Part shown: piece after piece, positions 1-9,170 of the stretch
Numbering within the stretch: position 1 is the stretch's first letter
How the letters are laid out: each line of letters starts with the position of its first letter
Assembly: GCA_037441475.1 (NCBI GenBank)
Contig: JBBISB010000001.1
Location: 456,418-488,417, forward strand
Source of the DNA: Candidatus Iainarchaeum sp.
Lineage (GTDB): Archaea > Iainarchaeota > Iainarchaeia > Iainarchaeales > CSSED10-239
Direction: 5' to 3'
Length of the DNA: 32,000 nucleotides
The notes under the pieces: model-generated
What the model saw: the letters and a program-made list of their open reading frames with translations, nothing else
Told to the model about the DNA's origin: nothing
The model's database searches: none
Position numbers and translations under genes: made by a program

Positions 1-750
1 CAAACACTTAAAGAAAAGGTTATCACCTATGGTCTAGAAGGCATAAATTTAGATTTATTGATAAAAGATAATGACGTAAATAAAATTAATCAAATAATTA
101 ATGCTGGACTTAAAAAGAAGGCAGAAGGAATATATTATCTGATAAGTCCTGCAACCAATAATTTAGATAGTAAAAATATAACCTATTTAGTTAATTAAAC
201 ATATAAACTTTATGAGGATCATGATTTAAGTGAACTTTATAGCGTAAATTATTTTGCCGGAATTACAAAATATGATGCCGCGAGGTTAGAAAAAATCTAT
301 CTTTCTTGGACCGTGTTTTGTTTAATAGAGAAATTAGTAGTTTTGAAGAAAAGTTCGATTCTCAAGAATATGAAAAAGCCATTAACGCCACATCTTTAGA
401 AACTATAAATAGAGTTAATAAAGTTAAGGCAGATGTAAGTAACCTAGAGAAAGGTATAGAAGTTATTAGAAATGATGCAAAAGAAGAAATACTTAAATAT
501 CAAAAAAAGAGTATGATGCTGAAGTACTTACATTAGCAAAAAAATATTATGAAGAAGAAAAATATCTAAACACCATACTCCTTATTAGAAAAAATTCGGT
601 TTCTGAAAAACAAACCTTAAAAGGAAAGCAAATCATTATTTTTTCACTCATTATAGTTTTATTTTCTGCAACTTATGCTTATTTTAGACTTGGAAACAAG
701 AAAAAAGAAGAAAGTCATAAAGAGAAAAAAAAGAAGATATTAAGGCACTA
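1..750 (+). pseudogene. Degraded gene (left edge truncated): frame 1 reads through an in-frame TAA at 196-198, then coding continues in other frames (306-536 and about 499-750), ending in a TM segment and Lys/Glu-rich tail
   Basis: Continuous protein-like translation split between frames: ...NITYLVN*TYKLYEDHDLSELYSVNYFAGITKYDAARLEKIYLS / LDRVLFNREISSFEEKFDSQEYEK...EEILKYQKK / EYDAEVLTLAKKYYEEEKYLNTILLIRKNSVSEKQTLKGKQIIIFSLIIVLFSATYAYFRLGNKKKEE. Confidence 0.55.
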
Positions 751-816
751 GCTAACCTTAAAGAAATAAGATAATAATATAAATTAATTGATAGATATAA
801 TATATTGTGAACGTAT

Positions 817-1989
817 ATGAAAAATCATAAATTTATATTTATATTATTTGGAATAATTTTATTTGCCAGCCTTATCCATGCATCTGTGCTAGATGAAAAA
901 ACACTTTCTTCACTATCTAAAGGAGATGTCATAGTAAATAAAGGGAATGAAGTTTGTAAAAGCTATTCCTTTGACCTTAAAGGTATTGATGAAAAATCAA
1001 AAGCATATTTGCAGTTAACGGTTAAAAACTACATCCCTATTAAGACAGGAGTGAATATAACCTTTAATTTAAATGGAATTGAAGTAAGTAAGCTTATAGG
1101 GGACGAAATACTTTCTAATAATGTAATCCTTTTAAGTAATGTAGGAACTAACGACAACCTTCTTGAAATATGTGTTAAAAACGATTTTTTACCAAGATTT
1201 ATAATTGATGCAGAAAAAAGTACACTTGGTAACTACTATGTCGCAGAAATAAAAAAAGAGGACTTCTATCAAGAGGCACCTTCTAAAGCGTACATTAATA
1301 CAATGATACCTATAAAGCTTTTTATAAGAAATAGTGGTTATGATTCAGTTTATGTGGAAGTTGTTAATGCGACAGAATTATTTTTATATAACTCTAACTT
1401 AGAAAATGTTTCTGGAGAAACTTCTTTTAAAGGTATAATTAACCCGCAAGAAACTATTTCTTTAAATTATTTTGTTAAAGCAGAAAAGGGCATTAATTTT
1501 ACAACACCGCTTGCTAAACTAAATTATAAAGATAGATTTAATCAAGCACACACTATGTTCCTTACAACACAAATCATTTCTTTAGAAGAACAAGAAACAA
1601 AGATAACTGCTTACACAGATATATTTAGGGTAATTGAACCAAACAAAGTATACACAGGGCACTTAATCATTAAAAACGATTCAGAAAGCACCCTTAAAGA
1701 AATATATATCACACCATATTTTAATGGAGAGATTATTCTTTCTAAGGAAAAGATAAATAACTTAAATCCAAAAGATGTTGTAGAAATACCTTTCACTATA
1801 AAAACATTTAAAGAAGGAGATTACTCTTTAGTTTTCACTATTAATTATCTAGATGGTGTTAACGAAAAAAATGTTGGAACACAACAAAAAACAATTTCTG
1901 CAGAGAATAAAGATAATAAAGAAAATACAGCAATAACCATCCTAATTATTTTGACTATAATTTTATTTATATGGATTGTTAAGATTTAA
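817..1989 (+). CDS. Secreted / membrane-anchored surface protein of unknown function (signal peptide, beta-rich CARDB-like repeats, C-terminal TM anchor)
   Basis: ORF of 390 aa; N-terminal hydrophobic segment FIFILFGIILFASLIHA; C-terminal ITILIILTIILFIWIVKI. Confidence 0.7.
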   Translation: MKNHKFIFILFGIILFASLIHASVLDEKTLSSLSKGDVIVNKGNEVCKSYSFDLKGIDEKSKAYLQLTVKNYIPIKTGVNITFNLNGIEVSKLIGDEILSNNVILLSNVGTNDNLLEICVKNDFLPRFIIDAEKSTLGNYYVAEIKKEDFYQEAPSKAYINTMIPIKLFIRNSGYDSVYVEVVNATELFLYNSNLENVSGETSFKGIINPQETISLNYFVKAEKGINFTTPLAKLNYKDRFNQAHTMFLTTQIISLEEQETKITAYTDIFRVIEPNKVYTGHLIIKNDSESTLKEIYITPYFNGEIILSKEKINNLNPKDVVEIPFTIKTFKEGDYSLVFTINYLDGVNEKNVGTQQKTISAENKDNKENTAITILIILTIILFIWIVKI

Positions 1990-3731
1990 ACAATCCTTTT
2001 AAATAATTTTTCTAGGTCTTTAGAAGATAAGAAGATTATTGTAGGTCTTCCGTGAGCACAAATCCCTTTATCACTACATTTATTTAATTTATTTATTAAA
2101 GATATTTGTTCTTGTAAAGAAAGTGGTTCGTTTGCTTTTATTGACTTTTTACAGGATTTTAGTTTTAAGAGATTATCCTTAAGTTTAGCAACTTCACTAT
2201 TGCCTTCTTCAAGGTCTTTTAAAACATTTAAAAATATATTTTTATCAAACAACCTATTTAAAAATAAAGGCATGGTTTTTAGGTAATAAACATTTTTTTT
2301 AAAAGAATAATCAAAACCAATTTCTGTAAATATTTGTTTGTTTTTTGCTAAAATATCTTTATGCGATTCGGAAATAAAATCTAATGGAATTTCTGATATC
2401 AGGTTTTGTTTTTCTAAGAAAGTAAACTTTAAACGGTTTTTTTCAAGATTAATTCTTTCATCAGCAGCATGCTGATCAATGAATAGCACGCCTTCTTTTG
2501 TTTCACAAACAATGAAGGTACTATGTATCTGGCCAAGTACCTTTGTAATATCATGCTCAAACAACTTTAAGTTGCTTGAAAGGTAATTTTCACTTTCTAT
2601 CCCCTCAAATAAAGGTTTCTGAGAGGTAAAATAAAAGTCATTTGTTCTTGAAGGTGCACCTGGCCTATAAGTAGAAGTAAAGTTATTTGATGGAGAATAA
2701 TCTTGGACAGGTTTTTCATAAACAAAATCTTTTAAAGAATTATATTCTACAGTTGCTAAGTTCTTTCCTAGCACCCCATCTAAAACCTTTGCAAGTTCTT
2801 TTTTTAATTCCATTACAAAAATCATTTCATTTTCAAGTTTTACAACTCTTTTTTTAGGATGTACATTAACATCTATGGTTTTAGGGTCTAAGGTTATAAA
2901 TAGAATAAAGAAAGGCTTTTGTTGTATCATTAAATAATCCTTATAAGCGTCAGTTATGGCTTTGTATATCTGTGGAGAAAAAACAAATCTTTTATTTATA
3001 AATAAAAAATTTGAAGGAAAATAAAGTGGGTTTGAAGGGTTTGTTAAAATACCTTTTACTTTGAATAAATCATTTGAAACATCTATTTTCACTGCTTTTG
3101 ATTTTACGTCTTTACCATATATCTGTACCAATCTATTTTCAAAATCTGTTTTTGTAAAAACAATATTTTTTTTATCAGAAACAAACCTAAAGGTAATTTC
3201 TGGATTTAATAAAGCGGTTGCAAGAAAAACCTCATAAAGCTTAGCATACTCAAAACTTTTTGATTTTAAAAATTTTTTTCTAACAGGGACATTATAGAAT
3301 AAATCTTCAACAGTTATTGTGGTGCCTTTTAAAGTAGAAATTTCTTTTAAAGTATCGTTAAGTAATAAGTAACCTTTTCCGTCATTTGTGGTTGAAGAAG
3401 TTATCTTAAGTTTAGAGACTGCGTTTATAGTTGATAATGCTTCTCCTCTAAAACCATAACTTTCTATACCGTAAAGATCATCTATAGTTTCAAGTTTGCT
3501 AGTGGTATATTTTTCAAGGCATATTAAAAGATCTTCTTTTAAAATACCAGTTCCATTATCCTTAACCTGTATTAAATCAAAACCAGATGCTTTAATTTCA
3601 ACAGTTATGTCTGTTGCGTTAGCATCTATTGAATTTTCAATTAATTCTTTTAAAATATCGCTAGGACCTTCAACAACCTCTCCTGCACTTATTAAATTTA
3701 TGGTTTCTTTAGATAATTTTTTTATAAACAT
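1986..3731 (-). CDS. mutL: DNA mismatch repair protein MutL, endonuclease-type
   Basis: N-terminal GHKL ATPase motifs (ELIENSIDANAT, DNGTGI, YGFRGEALSTI); C-terminal DQHAADERINLE and CAHGRPT motifs. Confidence 0.95.
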   Translation of the reverse strand: MFIKKLSKETINLISAGEVVEGPSDILKELIENSIDANATDITVEIKASGFDLIQVKDNGTGILKEDLLICLEKYTTSKLETIDDLYGIESYGFRGEALSTINAVSKLKITSSTTNDGKGYLLLNDTLKEISTLKGTTITVEDLFYNVPVRKKFLKSKSFEYAKLYEVFLATALLNPEITFRFVSDKKNIVFTKTDFENRLVQIYGKDVKSKAVKIDVSNDLFKVKGILTNPSNPLYFPSNFLFINKRFVFSPQIYKAITDAYKDYLMIQQKPFFILFITLDPKTIDVNVHPKKRVVKLENEMIFVMELKKELAKVLDGVLGKNLATVEYNSLKDFVYEKPVQDYSPSNNFTSTYRPGAPSRTNDFYFTSQKPLFEGIESENYLSSNLKLFEHDITKVLGQIHSTFIVCETKEGVLFIDQHAADERINLEKNRLKFTFLEKQNLISEIPLDFISESHKDILAKNKQIFTEIGFDYSFKKNVYYLKTMPLFLNRLFDKNIFLNVLKDLEEGNSEVAKLKDNLLKLKSCKKSIKANEPLSLQEQISLINKLNKCSDKGICAHGRPTIIFLSSKDLEKLFKRIV

Positions 3732-3766
3732 TATTAATCACATACATTTATTTTTATTTAAGAAAA

Positions 3767-6277
3767 TTAAAAATCATCAATAGTTTTTTGTTCTTTTTTA
3801 AACAACCTTCTTTTTTTGCTATCATTAGTGTCGCTATCCTCTTTTAAAGATCCTTTTAATTTTAAGAAAGTGTCTTCTTCAAGTTCTTTTTGGATAGTTA
3901 AAGCCTTTTCAATTAACTCTTGTGGAAGACCAGCTATTTTTGCAACCTGGATACCATAGCTTTTATTTATTCCGCCTTCAATAAGCTTATGGAAAAATAA
4001 AAGATTATTGTCCTCTTCTTTAGCGGTTACATGATAGTTTTTAACACCTTTAAAGACATCTTCCATTTTATTTAAAACATGGTAGTGAGTTGCAACCAGT
4101 GTTTTACAAGAAGTAACGTTATTTAAATGCTCAACAATAGCCCATGCTAGACTTAAGCCATCAAAGGTGCTTGTACCTCTGCCTACTTCGTCTAAAATAA
4201 CAAAACTATTTTTTGTAGAATTGTTTAAAATATAAGACACCTCAGACATTTCAACTAAAAATGTACTTTGGCCATGGATTATATCGTCAGAAGCACCAAC
4301 TCTTGTGAAGATGCCATCTACAAAACCAATCTCAGCTTTAGATGCAGGAACGAAACAACCTATTTGTCCAAGAATAATGGCAAGACACACACTACGCATA
4401 TAACTGCTCTTTCCAGACATGTTCGGGCCAGTAATAATCATAGTCCTTTTTTCAAAATTTAAATCGCAATCATTTGGTATAAAATCAACTAGCTTTTCTA
4501 TTACAGGGTGCCTTAAATCTTTAAAATATAAATTATCTGTATTGTTTACAACTGGTCTTGAATAGTTGTTATGAAGAGAAACTACTGCATGAGAAAAATA
4601 AACATCAAGTTCTGCAATTAAGCTTGCTACTAAATTTATATCTTCTTTATAATTGTTAATTTCTCTACATATATCTAAAAATATAGAATACTCTAAGTCT
4701 ATTCTTCTTTCTTGAGCATGCAAGACAATGTTTTCTTTTTCAGAAAGCTCTTTTGTTGTAAACCTTTCAGCATTGACTAAAGTTTGTTTTCTTTCAAAAT
4801 AAGAAGGAACTTCTCTTGCCTGAGCTTTTGGTATCTCTATATAATATCCAAAAATCTTGTTAAACTTTACTTTTAAAGACTTTATGTTTGTTTCATCTTT
4901 TAGTCTTGCCTCAAACTCAACAAGCCAAGAGTTTATTGTTTGGTGGGTGTATATTAACTCATTTAGTTCTTTTGAATAATTAGGTTTAATGAACTTGCCT
5001 TCTCTAACACTGAATGGAGGTTCTTCAACAATAGATGAATGGATTAAAGAAAAAACAGAATCTAAGGAGGTTAGGTTACTGTTTAAATTGGTTAAATTTT
5101 TAGAAGTTGTGTTTTCTAAAACCATTTTTATTTTAGGTATAATAGAAATACTTTGCTTTAAAGAAACTAAGTCTCTTGGACTTGCATTTCCAAAACCAAT
5201 TTTGCTAATGATTTTTTCAATATCGCCTACATATGATAAATGCAAGGAAAGTTCTTGCAAAATGTGGGGATTTTCTATAATTTCTTCCACAGCATCATAA
5301 GCCTCATTTAACTTTTGTTTATCTAGTAAAGGATGAAGAACATCAAAATATAATTTTCTATAACCTAAAGGAGTTTTTGTTTTATTTATTAAATGGAAAA
5401 GAGAGTGTTTTACTGCGTTGTCTTGTAGGTTTGTTACAAGCTCTAAGTTTCTAACAGTTTTTCTATCAAGTTTAAGGTATTTGTTTAAGGAATACTCTTT
5501 TATTTTGTTGATATACTTTAAATCTGAAAACTGTGTTTCTTTTAAGTATTTAATAGCATTGTAAGCTGAAAGAACGATCTCTCCTTTTTGATCAACAGCA
5601 GCAGTATTTATACAAAACATTGTTAAAGATTTTAACTCAAAATGATTTAAGAGAGCAGTATAACCTAAATTAACATCTAAATTATCTGTGTAATTAATAA
5701 TGGTGTTAGGTGTTGCTTTTTTAATGGCATCAAGAGAGGGTAGATCTTTTAAAATATTTTTAGTTAAAAGTAATTCCTTTGGTTTATTTAAGGTTAATTC
5801 ATTTAAAAGAGAAGAAAGTGTATCGAAAGAGGTTATCTTAAATTCTCCAGTGGTTATATCTATTAAAGAAAAACCATAATTTCCTTTGTATAAAGATATT
5901 GAAGCTAAATAATTATTATCATAAGAATCACTAAAGAAGGTACTTGGAGTTATTATTCTTGTAACTGCTCTTTTAACTAATCCTTTTGCAAAACGAGGAT
6001 CTTCTATTTGATCACAAATAACTACTTTCTTGCCTGCTTTTACAAGCTTTGCTATATATGGATCAATGGAGTGATAAGGTATTCCTGCTAAAGGTGCTTC
6101 TGTTTCTCCTTTACCTCTTTTTGTTAGAGTTATGTTTAGTATGGTTGATGCAGTTTTTGCATCATCATAAAACATCTCATAAAAATCTCCTGCTCTGAAA
6201 AGTAAAATGCCTTCTGGATATTGTTTTTTTGTATCCACGTACTGTTTCATCATAGGTGTATAATTTGAGTCACTCAT
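3767..6277 (-). CDS. mutS: DNA mismatch repair protein MutS, bacterial MutS1 type
   Basis: N-terminal RAGDFYEMFYDDA; Walker A TGPNMSGKSSYMR; DEVGRGTSTFDGLSLAWAI; ATHYHVL. Confidence 0.97.
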   Translation of the reverse strand: MSDSNYTPMMKQYVDTKKQYPEGILLFRAGDFYEMFYDDAKTASTILNITLTKRGKGETEAPLAGIPYHSIDPYIAKLVKAGKKVVICDQIEDPRFAKGLVKRAVTRIITPSTFFSDSYDNNYLASISLYKGNYGFSLIDITTGEFKITSFDTLSSLLNELTLNKPKELLLTKNILKDLPSLDAIKKATPNTIINYTDNLDVNLGYTALLNHFELKSLTMFCINTAAVDQKGEIVLSAYNAIKYLKETQFSDLKYINKIKEYSLNKYLKLDRKTVRNLELVTNLQDNAVKHSLFHLINKTKTPLGYRKLYFDVLHPLLDKQKLNEAYDAVEEIIENPHILQELSLHLSYVGDIEKIISKIGFGNASPRDLVSLKQSISIIPKIKMVLENTTSKNLTNLNSNLTSLDSVFSLIHSSIVEEPPFSVREGKFIKPNYSKELNELIYTHQTINSWLVEFEARLKDETNIKSLKVKFNKIFGYYIEIPKAQAREVPSYFERKQTLVNAERFTTKELSEKENIVLHAQERRIDLEYSIFLDICREINNYKEDINLVASLIAELDVYFSHAVVSLHNNYSRPVVNNTDNLYFKDLRHPVIEKLVDFIPNDCDLNFEKRTMIITGPNMSGKSSYMRSVCLAIILGQIGCFVPASKAEIGFVDGIFTRVGASDDIIHGQSTFLVEMSEVSYILNNSTKNSFVILDEVGRGTSTFDGLSLAWAIVEHLNNVTSCKTLVATHYHVLNKMEDVFKGVKNYHVTAKEEDNNLLFFHKLIEGGINKSYGIQVAKIAGLPQELIEKALTIQKELEEDTFLKLKGSLKEDSDTNDSKKRRLFKKEQKTIDDF

Positions 6278-6337
6278 AAATATAATATATGATAGAAAAC
6301 AATTAAAATAAGTGTTTTTTTGTTAAAAAAAAGTTAA

Positions 6338-6411
6338 TGGCTCCGGTGGGATTTGAACCCACGACACATAGGTCTTCAGCCTATTGCTCTCCCAGGCTGA
6401 GCTACGGAACC
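6338..6411 (-). tRNA. tRNA-Phe (GAA)
   Basis: Cloverleaf folds by eye: acceptor GGTTCCG/CGGAGCC, anticodon arm ATAGG-CTGAAGA-CCTAT, T arm GTGGGTTCAAATCCCAC. Confidence 0.93.
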
Positions 6412-6431
6412 ATTATTTTTTTAGAAAAACG

Positions 6432-6506
6432 TGAGCTCGGTGGGATTTGAACCCACGACACCTGGATTAAGAGTCCAGTGCTCTAACCAGACTGAGCTAC
6501 GAGCCC
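6432..6506 (-). tRNA. tRNA-Lys (CTT)
   Basis: Acceptor GGGCTCG/CGAGCTC, anticodon arm CTGGA-CTCTTAA-TCCAG, conserved T arm. Confidence 0.93.
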
Positions 6507-6535
6507 TAAAATTTAAAAAAATAAAAAACATATGG

Positions 6536-6609
6536 TGAACCCGGTGGGATTTGAACCCACGACACCTGGATTAAAAGTCCAGTGCTCTACCAGACTGAGC
6601 TACGGATCC
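6536..6609 (-). tRNA. tRNA-Lys (TTT)
   Basis: Acceptor GGATCCG/CGGGTTC, anticodon arm CTGGA-CTTTTAA-TCCAG, conserved T arm; the discriminator A is followed by CCA in the DNA. Confidence 0.93.
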
Positions 6610-6742
6610 GTTTTTTAAATAATGGATTTTGCATAAACCTAATATATAAAAAGATTATACTATATAATATGTATACTAAACATTTATAAATAATTTCTAT
6701 TTTGTTTATAGATTAAACATAACCTAAAAAGCAAGAAAACGA

Positions 6743-7265
6743 ATGATAAATATATTAAAATTAGATCACAGGCCTTTTAGAGATAAAAGAATAACTACAC
6801 ATTGTGCTTTAGTATCCCGTGCTTTTGGAGCAGATTGTTTTTATTACTCTGGAATTGAGGATAATGTTTTTGAAAAAAACATAAAAGGTATTGTTGGGCA
6901 ATGGGGGTGAATTTAAAACAACTTTTTTAGAAAAACCAACAGACTTTGTAAGTAAATTTAAAGGCACTATTGTTCATCTTACGATGTATGGGGAACAGAT
7001 TGTCTCAAAAATAGAAAAAATTAAAAAAGAAAACTTAACTAAAGATCTTTTGATTATTGTAGGCGGTCCAAAGGTAAGTAGATTTTATTATGAGCACGCA
7101 AACTACAACGTATCTGTTACAAACTAACCGCATAGTGAGGTGGCTGCGCTTGCTATCATTCTTAATTTTTTAAATCCTGGTACCATATATTCTGAAAATT
7201 TTGAAAATAAAAAAATTAAACTAGAACCTACTAACGATGGTAAAAATGTAATCTCCTTAAAATAG
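6743..7265 (+). pseudogene. tRNA (cytidine(56)-2'-O)-methyltransferase aTrm56, disrupted by a +1 frameshift near 6902-6910 and an in-frame TAA at 7125-7127
   Basis: Family-like segments in two frames: [34 protein letters not shown]...GQWG // GGEFKTTFLEKP...KGTIVHLTMYGEQI...[41 protein letters not shown]. Confidence 0.8.
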
Positions 7266-7292
7266 TTTTGTAACATAATATTAGTATGGAGT

Positions 7293-7877
7293 GTGATGTT
7301 ATTTATGAATAAATTAAAAAAAGAATTATTATCAGAAAAATCAACTGCTGTTTTTTTAGAACAAATTGCTGGGCCAATGGCAATTAATGTTATTAAGCTT
7401 TTTCATAATGACGGTTTATCTCCAGAAGCCATCTCAAAAAAATTAAATGAAAAGATAACTGTTGTAAGGGCAACATTAAATAGTTTGCACTTTAGAGGAA
7501 TTGCTTGTTATAAAAAACAAAGAAACGAAAATAACATGTATGAGTTTATATGGGAAATTAAATATAAAAAAATTGTAGATGTTCTTTTATTACAAGAAAT
7601 TAAAAAATATAAAAAGTTAGAATATGATCTTTCTCAAAAGGAAGGTCACGATTATTTTTATTGCCCTAAGAAATGTAATGTTGAAGTAGAATTTGAAGTT
7701 GGCGCCGCGTATAATTTTAAGTGCCCTAACTGTAGTACAAGTCTAGAGATGGTAAATGTTAAAACAAAAATTAATAAAATTAAAAAAGAAAAAATAGAAG
7801 TTGAAAAAAATATTAAAAAACTTGAAGACCTATTGCAAAAAATAAATGACAACACTAATGGGTATCATTGTGAGTAA
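7293..7877 (+). CDS. tfe: Transcription factor E, alpha subunit (TFE)
   Basis: Winged-helix N-terminus plus zinc ribbon FYCPKKC...YNFKCPNC and C-terminal coiled coil; adjacent to the trm56-like locus. Confidence 0.85.
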   Translation: MMLFMNKLKKELLSEKSTAVFLEQIAGPMAINVIKLFHNDGLSPEAISKKLNEKITVVRATLNSLHFRGIACYKKQRNENNMYEFIWEIKYKKIVDVLLLQEIKKYKKLEYDLSQKEGHDYFYCPKKCNVEVEFEVGAAYNFKCPNCSTSLEMVNVKTKINKIKKEKIEVEKNIKKLEDLLQKINDNTNGYHCE

Positions 7878-7987
7878 AGAATTTTAAATTCTTTATTTTT
7901 CTTTTTATTTATGATTTAAGTAGGTTTATATATATTTTGGTTTATTAAAATATATGTTAAGTGCTATTTTTTAATAACATAAATTTA

Positions 7988-8062
<75 letters not shown>

Positions 8063-8105
8063 CTTAATATCCTTTTTTTTATTTTAAAAATAACAAATCA
8101 TAATT

Positions 8106-8545
8106 GGTAATTACCGCTTAAATTAATTAATTTACTACATATCTTGGACAAATAACCCTTTATTAAAAATAACTGTTAATTAATTAAAAAATAGTAATAA
8201 TAACTTATTTTTTTCATTTAAACCACAAAAACAACCTTATTTTTAAAAATAAACATAAAAATGACATTTAAACAAAATAAAAGTATTTTACCAATCTAGA
8301 AACACTGTAATTACTATGGTAATTACCATTAAAAAATGCAATTAAAGTAATTTATTTACTTAAGCGCCAAATAAGCTACATAAACAAAATAATTGAAATA
8401 TTACAATTAAGGCCTAATTATTTGTGTATTTAAAAATATTAAAGTAATTACTTATTACATCTAAAATAATTACTGTAATTACCATAAAACCACTCACATA
8501 ATTACTGTAATTACCGAACCCTTTAAAATAATTACGGTAATTACT
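8106..8545. repeat. Left palindromic GTAATTAC array (seven exact copies plus half-sites) upstream of the 8552 gene
   Basis: Exact GTAATTAC at 8107, 8307, 8319, 8444, 8475, 8507 and 8537; extended palindromes GGTAATTACC (8106-8115), ATGGTAATTACCAT (8316-8329), AAGTAATTACTT (8442-8453); ATAATTACTGTAATTACC twice (8466-8483, 8498-8515). Confidence 0.9.
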
Positions 8546-8551
8546 ATATAT

Positions 8552-9121
8552 ATGGGATTACTAAAATTTATTAAAAAAATGTTTTCAAAAGGAAAACAAG
8601 GATCTATTGAAGAAAAAGATAGTTTTGAAATATCTAAAAATAATACTGTTTCTTATGAAAAAAGGGCAGATAATTTAGATCAAAATACATTAATAAATAA
8701 GGAATTTTCTAATGATTTAAGTAAAGACACCTATCTTGAAAAAGAAAGAATATTAGAATTAAAATATTTGAATAATAAGAACAACATAACTCAAGATAGC
8801 ACACAAACAGCAGATGTAGAAAGCATTTCAATAAAACAACTTAACACTATATGGGATATTTTAAAAGTAAAAGAAAACACTCAGGCAGAACACATAATTA
8901 ATTCAATACCTTCTGATAAATGGGTAACAATGGATGAAGTTAGACATAACATTAAGCTTAATTTTAATATAGAATATTCTAATGAAAAAAGCTTATATCC
9001 TTACCTTAAAACACTTACAGACATAAATTTAATAAAATTAAACAACACAGGTAAAAAAAGGACTTGGAAGAAAAACATTATTTTTATTAAGGAAAACAAA
9101 GTAATTACTAGTAATAACTAA
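8552..9121 (+). CDS. Orphan protein with predicted amphipathic N-terminal helix, low-complexity linker and C-terminal winged-helix-like domain
   Basis: MGLLKFIKKMFSKGK; C-terminal WVTMDEVRHNIKLNFN...SLYPYLKTLTDINLIKLNNTGKKRTWKKNIIFI has helix-helix-wing character. Confidence 0.7.
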   Translation: MGLLKFIKKMFSKGKQGSIEEKDSFEISKNNTVSYEKRADNLDQNTLINKEFSNDLSKDTYLEKERILELKYLNNKNNITQDSTQTADVESISIKQLNTIWDILKVKENTQAEHIINSIPSDKWVTMDEVRHNIKLNFNIEYSNEKSLYPYLKTLTDINLIKLNNTGKKRTWKKNIIFIKENKVITSNN

Positions 9122-9170
9122 GAAATAAGAAGTAATTACTGTAATTTCTGTTTAATCTTTAAGTAATTAC
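9101..9170. repeat. Right palindromic GTAATTAC array (three exact copies, 31 bp start-to-start)
   Basis: Exact GTAATTAC at 9101-9108, 9132-9139 and 9163-9170. Confidence 0.9.

Noticed and set aside
196-7127. Reassigned TAA = Gln genetic code (in-frame TAA at 196 and 7125, the latter at a conserved Gln)
   Set aside because: TAA ends many intact ORFs here (e.g. mutS, both larger pilins, tfe), and both loci also carry frameshifts, so gene decay or error is simpler.
8106-9170. CRISPR array interpretation of the GTAATTAC repeats
   Set aside because: The repeat core is only 8 bp and palindromic, spacing intervals are AT-rich and not discrete spacers, and copies extend into coding sequence.
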